Shown here: one piece after another, positions 25,801 to 39,779 of the stretch
Numbering within the stretch: the first letter of the stretch is position 1
Layout of the letters: each line of letters begins with the position of its first letter
NCBI GenBank assembly: GCA_009103225.1
Contig: RHPI01000008.1
Coordinates: 573,412 to 637,411 of the forward strand
Length of the DNA: 64,000 nucleotides
Direction: 5' to 3'
From: Chlorokybus atmophyticus
Taxonomy: Eukaryota; Plantae; Mesostigma and Chlorokybus algae
Translations under genes and position numbers: made by a program
Notes under the pieces: model-generated
Seen by the model: the letters and a program-made list of their open reading frames with translations, nothing else
What the model was told of the DNA's origin: nothing
The model's database searches: none

Positions 25801-28162
25801 CACTGGATAGCGCTGTCATGGTTCTGGAGAACGCAACGTCAGCAATGCCAACAGATGCATTTGCAAGCGACCCTGGTGTGGTAGCCAGTATCGAGCAGTT
25901 TCTGCAGCAAGTCCTGAGCATCCAGTACTCCAGCCCAATAGTAGCCGAGCAGCTGTGCCGCATACTAGACAGCTTTGGCAAGTACTACAAGCCAGGGCCG
26001 GCAATCCTGCCCCAGGTGATTAGCAAGCTATTTGACGTTTTTAGCACCATTCCAACTCCAACAGCACCACCTGCATCTACCAGCAAAGCGCGGCGTAGGG
26101 CACGCCAGCAGGCAGGCGCCTCTGTGCTGAAGATTTCTCTTGCCGCGGCAACTGTGCTCGCACCACATCTGGTCGCTTTCGCGGATGGCATCAGTACATT
26201 GCAACAGCAGGGCATACTTCAGGACGGTGATCACATAATGCTGCAAGAAGCCTTGCTGGTGATAGCATCAAAAGCTGGCGATACTGCGCAAAGCCAAGTC
26301 TTCAATCAGATTCTTGAACCGCTGCGACTGAGATGGACAGATCCTCATTGGCAGAGTTCATTGACAAGTGCACAAAGCTTTGTGGCTTTCTTAGCCCCTG
26401 CCCAGCTCAACTGTGAACAGCGTGCGTGGTTGTTTTCTGCTATGGCCATGTTGGAAAAGCTTCTAAAGAGGGCTGAGCCTGCAGCAGCCAAGCAGAGCGC
26501 TTCTCACCCCTTGTCACAGCACTTGCAGTGGATCCTGCCGCCACTCCTACAGCTGATAAAATGCCTTCATGAACTGTGGTCTCCACCGGTGCAACAACAG
26601 GTATGGCATTCCCGCACCTGACTCTGTGCCCTTGCAGTGTGTCATACAAGCAGTACCAATGCCAGCAGGACAACCAAAACAGCCTGCATTGCGTTGCCAT
26701 TGACTGTGCAGGTGCTACCAGCTGGGTATCAGGAAGCTCTAGACATAGGCCCCTTCGAAAAGTCTATGCTTGCTGGAAACACCCCAGCACAGGCCGTTGC
26801 TTCTGTCCCCGGCGGCGATCGCGAGGATACCGATAGTGGTGCAGTAGATGGTGAAGGTCCAGCTTCTCTGCGTAATTTTTTGAAGGGCATCCGGGAGTCG
26901 GCCTATCAAGTTGTTGGATTGTGCGCCACAAAGTTGCCGGCTTTTTATGAGCAGTCGAACATTGCCAACCTGTTGCCGACATGTTTATTCCACTGCTTTG
27001 AAGCAGTGGAAGCTCGGCATGTCAAGTCCTTTCTCAGGAACATAGTGGTTCCTTTCACAAAGCATTGCCCACCTCAGCTGCGCTCAACGTGGCTCACCCC
27101 TGTGTTGCACCCGACACTTGTCCACATGCACTCCAGGCTTACAGCAGCTTGGCAGCAACACACCGTTCCAGATGCTACAACAAAGGAACGCGGCACCCAG
27201 GAGTTGACTGCCGAAGTTGTCACTGACAAGTTGCTGCGTGACATGACCCGAGAGCACTGCGCACTTCTTGTGCTACTAACACAACCGCTACAAGCTTCCC
27301 AGAATGGTTGCAGCTCTCCAAGAGACACAGCGCCAGAAGTTTCAATGGGCGGTGCAGCAGACCAGTCGAGTCTTCTGTTTTATTTGCTTCAGCACGAAGC
27401 CATGGCAAGCGCCGCTATTCATACGGCAATCTCAGCGTTGAGCTGGCCAGACAGCGAGTCGGCACACAAAGCTGTGGCATTCTGCTCAGCTCTAACTACC
27501 GTTGCCGTAGGAGACGCTCGATTGCATGCAGTTGTTGGGGCAGAGGTGCTGCATGCTGCAATCAGTGCCCTTACGTTCGTCTCCAATCAGACCAACCAAA
27601 GCGATCTCATTGCACTGATCAGAGAGATATATGTCAAGCTTTCGCCCTGCACCTCAGCTCCAAGCCAGGTGAGTGTTGCCTTGTGAATGCAAGCAACCTG
27701 TTCACTTCAGCAGCCCGTACGTCATCACAGCACCTTTGCAGGTGCTACTGAGCTTGCCAACGGTCAACTCTGCTTCTTTGCAAAAGTTGCAGCAAGCGGT
27801 CAGCAGCACCGGCAGCGAAAAGGAGCAGCGGCAGCTGTTGAAACAACTCCTGCTAGCTGCCGGCGGGGACGACCTCAAGGCGCTTAGCTCTCCTGTGAAG
27901 TCCAGCACAATAAGCAATCTACCAGGTATGCCTATCCTCACATGTGTTTGCATGCAGACTGCACATTTGCGGCGATTGCTGCAAGCTTCAAACGTACAAT
28001 TGCATTGACTCTTTGATTTATCAGAGTAAGGCCTCATGATCCTGACTAGGAGTGTAACGGTTACATGCTGTCGTGCTTGCAGGTAGGACCATGGCACCAA
28101 AGCGCATCAATGCACCCAAAGACGATGACACTGGCATGTCACTGTCCAGCATTGGTCTATAG
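22860..28162 (+). CDS. HST: Exportin-5 / HASTY (multi-exon)
   Basis: LRWLPEDVTVHNEDLQGDRRRGLLFALTKALPQILPFLY...LEQHFAEAM...AYAEWAPV...FQNHACDFFK matches the HASTY Xpo1 domain as I recall it; later SLRNFLKGIRESAYQVVGL and EVVTDKLLRDMTRE; stop TAG 28160-28162. Confidence 0.95.
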
Positions 28163-29039
28163 GACTCGCAACGGCGCATCACATGATGTGTACAGTCACC
28201 ACGCGCAATGTGGTAATCGCACAGCGGGAAGTCCAGCACTGTACAGCTACAAGTTCGCTGACGTTCTCAGCTCTGCAACTATTGTGTCTGTGCATAAATG
28301 CACGGGTCATGTGCTAGAACACAGGAAGTCCCTGATATAGAGGTCATATTTGCATGGCTGTCGCCACTGCAAGTGTGACACACGTGTATCAGTTTGTCAG
28401 TCTATGAGCTGCTGTTGCAGGGAGCATGTTTGTGTATAGTCCATCTGTGACAAGTGCAAAGCTCAGAAGTGCTTGTGGGACCTTGAAGGTCCTAGGCCGC
28501 CCCCTCGCGCGGCCAGCCCTTAGGTCCAGGGTTGCGCAGCACATAACATTTGAGCGTGGGTTTTATACAATGTACATAAGTCTCAAGAGCGTGCAGCATG
28601 CACTGAACTGTCGGTATGCATGTGTGATGCAATGCTGTGAGCGCTCAATGTCAGTTACATGGGTGTTGTGTGATGTGCTTTATGATATCTGATGTTGCGA
28701 GCACACCGGTGCCTGCCGCAAGGGCACTTATCAACACACGCCAGATTGTGTGGCAAGGTTTGTCCCACATTTCTCACAACCCTCTATTACATTGACATGC
28801 AAGCGTTGAGCTGTCAGCGCTGCTACCATGCCTACCACACGCATGTGTCCTCCACATGGACTGTGCACGCCGCCACTGCACTACATGCATCATTCTTAGT
28901 GGGCTCATGAAAAAGCGGCACTCCAAAGTTCCTTGATATGTGGCCTGTAAGAGAGCATCACAATGCTGCTTGTGTCACGTTGGATGCATGTGTTGCTGGC
29001 ATAACGGTAAGAACACCGCTGTAAACCCAATCAACACAT

Positions 29040-29160
29040 TGTGTGTCTAACGGGGAAGGCGAGTAGTGTAGTTGTGGATAGTATAGCCCGGTGGTGAATG
29101 ATATGACATGCTGTTTGCTATGTGTGGTGGGTGAATGTCACTGTGTGTGTGGTGATGCAA
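29040..29160 (-). repeat. Isolated inverted core of the CACCACCGGG repeat family
   Basis: Reverse complement reads cattcaccaccgggctatactatccacaactacactactcgccttccccgttagacac, the same layout as 6826-6898. Confidence 0.5.
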
Positions 29161-29330
29161 TAAACACCCTTGCATGCAGCATATGAGGCATAATCTTTTG
29201 TACATATGTGGCATACGATCTTTGTACACTTATCTTCACAAAAAGCAATCATTACAATATAAGCCATCAACCGGAATCGTTGATATACTTGTTCTAGCGT
29301 TGTGAACCAAAACAATTCGATACAACTTTC

Positions 29331-32300
29331 TCATCTAGGCTCTCGATCCAAACAAGCTGCATGCGAGTTGAACACCGAAGTCGCGTGTCGCAAAACCTTC
29401 AGACTGTCACTGACAACAGTTTCTGATTTTTCATCAAGCGGGTCGTGTGGGGTGGGTGTTGGAGGGACTGCACACTGAGAGCGCTGTTCTTTATGTTTGT
29501 ACGCAAGCTGAATCGCCTTCTTGAGCGTAGCGAGCGCATGTATGAGTCCGTCCTCAGCAGCATAATCTGCATCAGGCAACTCTGATTCCGCATTCCCGTT
29601 GGCTTTATGTGGCGTCGCCGGCTGATCAACACGCCCGTGTTGCGCAAACGGGGCTATGGTGCTTCGAACCGTGCGCGGGGTGACTTGCGGGTCAGCCCCT
29701 TCCTGACCCGACGTGCTCGGCGTCGGCGGGTACTCCACAAGCTCCAAGCGCGTGCCCGCTTGCTCCACGACAGTGTGGGAAGCGCGCCCTTGCTGAGGTG
29801 AAAGACTGTGCGCGCTGCCATTGGCACTGCGTCTGAACCGCCAACTCCAACTCGGTGTGCCCGCCGAACGAGTTGATGCTGCGGCCACAGGAGTACCTGC
29901 CGACGCAGGAGTACTCGGTGCTGATGGTCCCACCTGCACTTCCAATGTCGCAGGTCTGCCTGATGACGTAGGTGGGGAAGATGTGTGCGCGTGTTCCGCC
30001 CAATGCATCTGCATACTGGGTTGCTTATTTGATGGCTGAGCGCGAGGTTGTGCAGCTGGCTGTAAACTCGCTGTCTGCAGAGTCTTGACAGTCTTGACTG
30101 CTGGCAAGGGACTGTTGACAATGGCCGCAGGGGAAGGTCTATTTGGTTGCCCGTAAAGCAGCTCTTTGATGCGCAAGTAGAGCTGCTCCTTGCTGAGCAG
30201 CTCATGGTAGGGTCCCTTGTCGGTGTGCCTTAGGCTCTTCACCTGCTTGTCAAACAGCTTGTGCCCAGGGGGAGCCAGCTGGCGCGATATGAAGTTAAGG
30301 ATGGCCGGAGGCACGTGGTCCAGCTTCATGTCCAGGTGCGTGATCGTGCGGTACGCGCACAGCGTGTCCGAGATGTGGTGCAGCAGCACACCACCGCTCA
30401 GCTCCATCCGCACGATCCCCTTCTCTGGGGGGGCCACGTCAGCCTTTGTGAAGATCTCCGTATCCCAATCCAGAAGAGAAAGGTCATGGGGCACCTGCAG
30501 CAGTTACATGACAACACGTTTTATATAGACATTCTGGTCTCTCAACTCCACCAACGCAAATCCACAACTATCCATGGTTTGATTATGCCTTACGTTCTAT
30601 CAATGCACAATTGAGGAGTTTATCAAGCAGGTTAGCGCATGTATGCCATACCCCGCATGGTGTAGGACAGTTGAGTACAGCTACCAACTAGACTACTGTG
30701 TGACATGTTGTAAGTAACTGGTGCACTGTGTTGCTTTTGGCAATGGTTGACAGCGTCAAGATCTGAAAGACGATTCACCGAGAGCCTTGTGGCACTTACC
30801 GAACGCAGAACGAACAGCACTTGCTTCGCGTCCGGGATGGGCACTATGTACGTGAACACACACAGGTCTCGGGGTGCAAGGGGATACTGCACGGTGATGC
30901 TGTGACACAGGTGAAAGCAGCAGCTCAGTGCACTGGCCCAGCATGCGGCATCTAAGCCATGACAACTAGACATGTGTCAAACATTATCTTTGCAAGGGAG
31001 CGCATGCGCACAAGAACAGTTCAACATTGAATGAGCGGCTTACTTCTCCAGCCACAGCGCCTGCCCCGGGAAGAACTGGCGAATCCACTTTGCGCTGGTT
31101 ACTGCAAACTTGGGGAATGTGGAGGAAGGCTGCCTGTGGGTGGGTAAGTGTAATTGATTACTACACTAGGCTGGCTGCACAACTATCTATCACATCCAGA
31201 GGAGACATACCACAATGGAAAGTATGGAGCTTCATATCCAACACACAGAGCTGCAACATGAGAGCAGTTGTCAGGACACTTACTCCAGACAGTATTTGAT
31301 ATGTCAAAATTATTTGTGCCTTGTGAGCAAAGCGATTGACTATACCATGAAGCAGCGGTCCTTCAAGCAACCCCTCCACGCAAAGCGTTTGCAATGGACT
31401 TCCTTCCGTACTGGACCGTTGCAGCACCCGACAACCTTCTGAGTCGAATGCGACCTGCAGTGCACATACTAAGCAACCCAGTGCTGAGCCACTTATATTT
31501 CACACTGAGTGCTGTATTGCACACCTTCCAAGGCGGACGTTGTGGGGAGCTGCCGCGCGGCCATGACTGCGCATGAGGCTTGTCAACATCCGACACGGAT
31601 CGCAAAACCTCGTACAAGGCGCCGATCTCTTTGACTTGCCGCGCGAGTGCGCCAGGCTTTTTCCGAAGTGCTTCGAGCATTTCATCGCCTTGTGCCTGCA
31701 TGCGAATGTGCACAACAGTTGGAGACTGCAAGACAAGAAAACTGTGGACCTATAACTTGGCTACTGCAACGCTGCATTTTGGAAGCTGGGTCTAAAACAA
31801 TGAACGTAATGGTATACAATCACACATTATTTGCGACTGCTGTCCGTGACCAATGAACCTATTTGCAAGTACACTAACTTGCCTGATGTTGACTATGCCA
31901 GAACCTACTCTATACTAGATGTTTCAGTGTAAACATCTGCTGAGCAGCTGCCAAGCATGCCTGTCAGAGAGCCAAAGCGCTATGCTGAGCAGCAACAGTA
32001 AAAGCTAAGTAGAAGCAGAAGAGGCTCAGTGCACACCAACTGTGCTTGCCAAAGCAATTTTGCTCTGGTCAACACTGCCGATGGTTGGGTTCACACGGTG
32101 AGCGTCTTGACTACCAGCGCAGACGCAACTATCATCACCTGCAGAAGCTTCTCGACCCGCACTGGGTCGTCGAGGCGGGCGTTGCCCAACGCCTCATTTA
32201 AGTTCACGCGGTAGGCCGGGAGCTTCGTCATCCCGCCTGACGGCCTGTACTTCTCACCGCCTGCTTGAGGAAGCACCCGGGCAAGCAGCAGAACTAACCA

Positions 32301-32350
32301 CGCCGACAACTTTACCGCCGCCGCCCACGACGACGCCACCACCAACGACG
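29331..32350 (-). CDS. START/SRPBCC-like lipid-binding domain protein (plant-type), low-complexity C-terminus; 5' end uncertain
   Basis: Exon peptides CRVLQRSSTEGSPLQTLCVEGLLEGPL, WQPSSTFPKFAV, ITVQYPLAPRDLCV, GIVRMELSGG...HLDMKLDHVPPAILNFISRQLAPPGHKLF. Confidence 0.75.
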
Positions 32351-32877
32351 TCGCCGTCGATCAGGCCAGGCCAGGCCGGACCTGCTGGCCTGCAGTGACA
32401 ATGCTCGTTTAGATCTGACCAGACTACGTCAGTCAACTGGGTGCAGGCTCCTGCTAGTTGTTACCACACTCCTCAATCTGCCTTCGCAACAGTCAAACTG
32501 TTGCCAAAAGCACGGCTAACTGTAACTGTCTTGGTTACATTATTCGCAAGCTTAGGTGCTTGAACGGAGTCTACAATCGGACTTTTTAGACTCGCGTCGT
32601 TCGGGCTCATAAACTTCAGTGAGCGTAGATGAGCCCAACAAACGTTCAGTGAACTTGCCAAGCCCTACACGTCGCTAACCAGTCGTCAATCAAATTGCCT
32701 GTGCTCGTGGGCGGGAAGGTTGCTGGCGATGGCGGTGTGGGTGGCGGCGGCGTTGTCGAAGGAGCTTCTGCAACTGTCGCTGCTGGGATTTTATGTGGAT
32801 TGAAATGTCCGAGATGACAACTCTATACTGCAGGAAGGGCTGGTGAGGTCAAACGTTGGGGAGGACTGGGTAGCAGC

Positions 32878-35800
32878 ATGCGTGCTAGCGGTCTGCAGCC
32901 AGCGTCAGCTGACGCTGGCTCCAACCAGCTGCATGTTGCCTCTTTGAAGCGATCTAGACGCCAAAGCGCAAAACTCGCTGACTTTTTAAAGAGCATTGCT
33001 GGTAGAAAACGGCCCAAGCCCACAGCAGGCATCGTTGAGGTGGGTACTCCTTCCTCCTTGCCTTCCTTGTTTGTTTTCAAGCGGCAGGTTGTTTAACGTT
33101 GGGGTTCTAAGATTGAACGCTGTTGCAAGTTGTCAAGTAGGTAGTGCAAGGTAGTCAGAGCTTGTCGCATGCTGCAACAAGCTCTGACTGTTGCAATCAA
33201 GACAACGGAACTAGATTACCAATGCACTGAAGCTATGCATTCGTACTTGTAACACACAGGCCAGACTGGCTGATGGCAATGCAGTCGACCAGATGCATGA
33301 CGCGCCTGCGCTGAGTCTACCATCTGGAACGAGGAAACGCAATGGCAAGGCCAAGAGTCTTCCGGCCGCTGTGAAAGGTGCGAACTATGGCTTGTTGGTT
33401 TCAAGGATGAATACACGTCCTGGATTTTGCGCCATACGTGCAGCTTGGTCGGTTCAGACTCCCCAGCCTGTTGACGTTAGAACATTTGATCCATAACATG
33501 CATTGGATTTGCTGTTTCATTCGGTCACTGGTGTACTATAAATTGTAGCAATCCAAAGTATATCCCCACCCCCCTACCCGCGTTTGCAACCTGTAGCATG
33601 CACAATGGAATGTCTATGCACTGCCACGATTTGGTAGTGGGCTTAGCGGAAGAGAGGGCAGAGGGAGTTTGTGTTTTGGTTCCAGCATCCTTTTCCTTGT
33701 GCTTACTTTCAGTGGCTGCCAGAGTCAAGTGCAGCGTTGCTGGCAGCATCGGCATCAACTGCACGAGCAATGTCGCCCCTCGTTGAACCGGCAGATACGC
33801 TGGTAATGCTAATGCGCAACGCATCGCCTGGCCCTGCTTCACCGCCTGCCCAGCCTGCCGTTCCTGCACTGGCTGCCGCACCCACGCAATCCAGCTTGCC
33901 TACCGCGCCCAATGCAGCGAGTCCGCCTTTGCCAAAGTCACCACTGCAACTCCCGAAAGCATGGTCAAGCACGCAAGCTGCTGCACTGGCGTCCGAAGCT
34001 GCTTCTATGTCAACCAAAGCCGCTGAGTTCATACTTGCACTTGCTGAATGGATGGAGAGGCAAGCTTCTTGCAAGCAGTTCCAGGTGGTGGCTCTGGCTG
34101 GCGTGCATCCATCTGCTATCATTGGCAGGGAATGCAAAATCTGGTGGCCCTTGGATGGGATATGGTATGACGGTCATATAGACCACTATGACATGCAGAA
34201 AAGGCGGCACAAGGTGAATAACCTCAAGCTTGTTGTGCCTGTGCCCAAGCTAGGTAGAAGTTGCCCTTATGGCTGGTGGCTTGGTTGCAGGTGAGGTACG
34301 AGGATGGCGAGTTTGAATGGGTGGATTTAGGCATGGAACGAGTACAGCTGTTGCTCGCGCCTGGAGAGCAGTTGGCTGTGTGCGAGCGACAAGAACCGTC
34401 TGCAGCACCTTTGCAAGGAAGGTGGCCAGGTGGCCGCGTGGAGGCCATTGATAGTCATCTGGTGGCGGGCATTCGGACGATGCATGGTGGTGGTCAATCA
34501 AGCATTCAAAGAGCTCAACCCATGCCTCAACCAGGGGAAGCTGTTTGGGGCCACGTGAAAGGCTTCCCATGGTGGCCTGCGTTGGTTGTAGATGAAGATG
34601 AAGCTGAGCAAGCTGGTATACCTGCTGGTCAATTGACGGGCACCGTTCCAATGCAATTCTTTGGCACACATGACCACAGCAGGTGAAACAATGAAGCCCA
34701 CTACTGGCAAAAGAATCTACCACCTGTTGGCATCGCATAGCACGTGCAGCAGACAGATTGAGCAACTCACCATTCTCGTTGCTCAGGCTTCGTGCTTCTA
34801 GCGTGTGCTTATTCAACCAAGGCATCCGTAAGCGTTACCACCAGCTTTGTAGAACGGTGCAGTTCACGAAATCTGTAAACGAGGTCTTGAGGTATGGCTT
34901 ACATCATGCACCAGGCAGGCATGTGCTTCTTGCACATGCCTGTCAGTTGTTGTAGGCACGCAAGATCCACAAGGTGGCGAAATACAACATGCGTTAACGT
35001 GTACAGGTACCTTAAAGAAGGTGATCTGCCCGGCCCCATGCAGAGTGTGATTGAGGATGAGCTGCCACAGGACACGGATGCTAATCAGCCCACTCCAAGC
35101 GCTGCAGATACCTCTGCAGCCACCATGGATATCACTGTGATGACACCCCTGTTGCTGCCTTATGAGGTCGACGGGCTAACGGTTTTGCGGTTTGGTAAGT
35201 TACATCCAGAGTAGTCGTGCGTGTAAGGCAATGGTTGTGCCAAACGGCAATACTAACACCAAACAACGCAGGTGCTGTGGTCCCCAACAATGCCTCCTTT
35301 CACAGTGACAGGCATATATTTCCTTTGGGCTATGAAGCCGTGCGGATGTTGCCTTCCTCGGCAGGTGACTCTGTGACTACTGAGCCTTTGGGCAGTAGTG
35401 TGAACATGTCTTATTTGGCACATGTGTTGCAGACGCAAAAGCCCTTCATCGCCATCAGTTCTTCATCTCTACTGCTGTCAATTCACGGGCGGTTACGGAT
35501 TTGGATTTACTGACCGTAGTGTCCATCAGTGGTGACCAGAAGCCCTTGTTCTGCATCTGTGCTGAAGGCTTTCCGCGGGTGAGCCCTCATGCTGAGCTCT
35601 GTAATCTCACTATATGGTTACATTGAATCCTAGCATTCGTCAGTTGGCACTTGACCAGCTAGAGCTTTAGTAACCAGTACTGTGCGTGAAGATTTCAGGG
35701 ACAACACCGGCAGTTGCCTTGCAAGTCCTGAATGGCAAACGACGTAAACAGCCAGGTGCCCGCAAACAATGCGATATTCGGATGGGTGCTGCTGAGCTTT

Positions 35801-38765
35801 TTGGATTTGGAGTCAATGAAGTTGCCATGCACATCAAGGTGAGGGCATCTTTGACATGCCAGGCAGTTTTCTAGAGTCCCCGTAGTGCATCCTGTCTAAC
35901 CAGCTTCAGTGCAGGCTTTGCCTGGGGCACCATGCCTGGCGCAAGCGGTCAGCCCTTCTCAACCATGCGCGGATGGAGTGTCAACAGCAGGTGGACAAGT
36001 GATGCAGCCCAGTAGTGTCATAAACAAGGACACAGCCGTGCTGCAGCATCAAGGGCGCTGCAATGTTTGTTTCGTTGCAGAGGTGATTGCCATATAGCAT
36101 CATGAGCCAGCCATTGGTTGGGATGGGTTTACTCACAGTGCTGCATGTACTTGCTGTGAAGACTTGACACTTGTTTTCCGCATCTTGGAGACTTTGCAAA
36201 AGATGCATGCTCACACTGTTTATGTGCACGAACAGGAGTACGCTGATAACTTGTTGATGCAATGCGACCGCTGCCGAGTCATGGTATGGTTACTGCTGGC
36301 TTGCTTCTGCAACTGTGCAAAGCATGCTTGCTGAAGCTGCACCTGTTGTGCAGGTGCATAGCAGTTGCTATGGACCTTCTGTGGCTGAGTGCAGCGCCTG
36401 GCTGTGCTCTGCCTGCGATCACATCGTGAACCAACACAATGATGCTCTCCCAGAGAGCTTGCATCCCCGCTGCTGCCTTTGCCCTATTGCAGGTACGCTG
36501 TTCATGTAGCTTTCATGTAACGCAAATTGGTTAATCGCCATGCGTTAAGAACCCAAAGTTCTGCTTTAATTGACAGGTGGAGCAATGAAGCCTACCACAG
36601 ATAGCAGATGGGCTCATGTGGCCTGCGCTATGTGGATTCCTGGTATGGCTGGATGTTGCAACTGCATGCGTATGACCCGTAGATGGGTTGCCTTACTGCT
36701 TGTGGAACGCCTTCCAGAAACTGCTTTTGAGGATGTGGACAAATTGGAGCCCATTACTCTTGTGAGCACAATCCCCAAGGTATGCATGTGATACCATGGC
36801 TAGCAGCTACTGCAACCACCGTGGTGTAGCTGTGCATTGTTGATATGATGTTATGGCAGTCACGATGGAAACTGCGCTGCTCAATATGCAGCATCGCGTG
36901 TGGCGCATGCATTCAGGTACAGCAACGTGTGCTTGGCCTTTCAAGTACCGATGTAATGTGTGTGCAAGTGTGGGTGTTGGGGCATTGATTATGTGCGCGT
37001 CTGCAGTGCGAAGTGCGAACCTGCTATGCTGCTTATCACCCTCTTTGTGCACGGGGAGCGGGGTACTGCATGGAGGTAATGTTGCAGCAAAAGGCTGGTT
37101 GTTCTCGCCTGCACCTTGCATACAATTGGTTATCAACTGTTTTGTGCAAGCAGTACGTGGAGGAAGCTAGCAATGCCAAGACGACTGCGCTGGTCTCTCC
37201 CAGCAGAGCGGGTGAGTGGTTGTTTCAAGCGGCCTGATGGACATCTATTAACGTTTGCTTTGCCTCTTCTGCCATTTACTCTTGTTTGCCATGGTTGACT
37301 TTGAGACAGCACACAGGCACAGAAAGCAGCGCAGACCGCCTAGCATTACGATCCTACTGTCCTTCACATGCACCTATGATGCGAGCGGAGGCTCGTAAAA
37401 TGCAAAGTGCGATACCTGCTGTGTCTGCTAAAGACTACCAGCCACCACAGTTGCAAGCAGGCTGTGCTCGAGCAGGTACTTGCTGCAGTGGTCATTCTGT
37501 GTGTGTCTCTTTTTGGGCTTACGTTATGCCAAGGACACTAGCCTGAGTGTTGAATTGCAAATGCACAGAACCTTACAACCCGGCAGCACGGCGAGGACGT
37601 CGTGAGCCAGATGCTGTGGCTGCTGCCATGGCCAAAAGGCTGTTTGTGGAGACTGTCCCTTATGAAGTGCGCGGCATGTCTCGCCACCGAATGCCATTGC
37701 AGCCGGAGTTGTGCGAGCGGATGATGACAGGAAGTTCAAACCCCACAACCAATGCCTTCCTCAGTATGGGTGACAGATTCCGGAGGATGCGGCACTCCCT
37801 ATACGAGCGCCTGGCCTTTGGTATGGATGCACGCTGACAGTTTTGTTCACTGGCTCACAAGCTGGCTTCATGGAAGTGATAATCAGTTGCGCATGCCTGT
37901 TGACAAGACTATTTGTATAATTTTCTTATTGCTTCAGGCAAATCCGCAATACATGGCTGGGGTGCGTTTGCAAAGCAGCGGTTCCGGGCTGGTGATATGG
38001 TAAGTGACATCATGTATGCTGTGCTGAAGCAGCCCTCCTGCGTGTCAAGTGGGTGCTTGTGTGCTGCAAAGGTTACTTGCACTGCATGACGGTTGCTTGA
38101 CCTGTTGGGGTTATGACTGTAGGTTGTGGAGTACATTGGAGAAAGTGTTCGTCCGTCCGTGGCTGATTTGCGAGAAAGACGCTGCTACGACGCCATTGTG
38201 GTAAGCGGAGCATACACATGCCAGCATTTAGGCCTGGTGGGAGGCATGTATTGCCAAGGCATCCTTCATGTCTGCTGAAATAACTTGGCTTCGGCAGGGT
38301 GCTGGAACTTATATGTTTCGTGTGGACGACAACAAGGTCGTTGATGCGACCCGAACTGGAAGCTTAGCTCACCTGATTAACCATGCCTGTGAGGTGAGTC
38401 CTTGCTGCCAAGATGCCCAAAAGCTTCGCGTTGTTGCGCACTGATGAACCCATCTTGCCTGGCAGCCAAACTGTTTTAGCAAAGTTGTCAAGTATGATGG
38501 TGATGACCGCATTGTCATCTTTGCGATGCAAAACGTTGAAGTCGGTGAGGAGCTTACCTATGACTACAGGTAATCATAGGTGCATGCTAATGTTGCACCC
38601 ATTGCATGCTAGAGGCTGAAGGCTGACAGCAGCATGTGCAGGTTCAACTCCAATGATGAAAGGCTACCATGCAATTGTGGCAGTGCAAAGTGTCGAGGAA
38701 CTGTAAACTTGTATGAGGCCGAGGGCTTTGTCATTCCTCTGAGTCAGCTTCAGCTAGACAAGTAG
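32878..38765 (+). CDS. ATX1: ATX1/ATX2-type trithorax H3K4 methyltransferase (Tudor-PWWP-FYRN/FYRC-PHD-ePHD-SET-postSET)
   Basis: IIGRECKIWWPLDGIWYDGHI (Tudor), GEAVWGHVKGFPWWPA (PWWP), FHSDRHIFPLGYEAVR (FYRN), CRVCTSEQEYADNLLMQCD and [29 protein letters not shown] (PHD/ePHD), GKSAIHGWG, YMFR, INHAC, GEELTYDY, CNCGSAKCRG; stop 38763-38765; true start may be slightly upstream. Confidence 0.93.
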
Positions 38766-39261
38766 CATTATCTGTGTCGTATTTGATGTGCTGCTATCAG
38801 AGCACATGTTACGTATCACGACCTCAGGTCACCATGTGAGAGCCGATGCAAGTGCAGATGTGGAAAATACCAGCAGTCGTGTCAGATACGTCGGATGCAA
38901 TCACAGTTGTGTAGTATATACCATGTCAGATTGTGGAGGTGCAATCGAAATTGAGATTTTGCCATATAGTAGGCTAGTCCTTCCATGTTTTAGCCAATGT
39001 TACCGGTGGAACAACTACAGCAATAATGTGTAATGGGTAGGCATCTACGTGTAGATTGGCATTTTATGGGTGTATACCATTATATGTGCCTCATATTCAT
39101 TGATGTTTCATGATATTGCGGATTGTTGATACTGCAATGTGGTTGGGTCTTGAACGTTTGTTACAGATTGGTGTCGATAGTTTGGCATGGATCACAAACG
39201 TTAAAACTTAACATATTGTAACACTGTTGAACAACTAGTACTTTCATGTCAAACCGTTGCG

Positions 39262-39332
39262 TATATATACATATTTATACATATATATATACATATATAC
39301 ATACATTTATACATATATATATGTATATATAT
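39262..39332. repeat. Imperfect (TA)n microsatellite in an AT-rich spacer
   Basis: tatatatacatatttatacatatatatatacatatatac... Confidence 0.9.
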
Positions 39333-39779
39333 AATGTCAATCGTACGAAAACCAGAATATTCGTCAATTGCAACAGGTGCGTAGTGTACACCAAATATAT
39401 GATACATTGAATCCAATTTGAGTTTAGCATATTTGACAATGTTTCCTGTTTATAACGTGAATTAAGCAAAAACTGGGTGCATAGGCTTTTTAGTCATAGC
39501 AAGCACATGCACGAGGTACCTGTACCGGTACAGGCAAGTGCAGCACGTGATTTGTACAAGTCATATACAAGTCACACACGGGAGGCGCTTCGTATAGTAT
39601 AGCAGGGCAAGGGGCCATGCATAGTACACAACAGACACGAGCTCGGCCCTCCAGCCGCTGCGCCACAGTTAGCTACGATATTCGATGTAGCAACACTGCG
39701 CTTAGGACGCGCCACCTTTAACAAAAGAGCAGTCACGGCCGCTAGGTTGGACAGTGAAGAAAGCGAATGAGAAGCTGTA

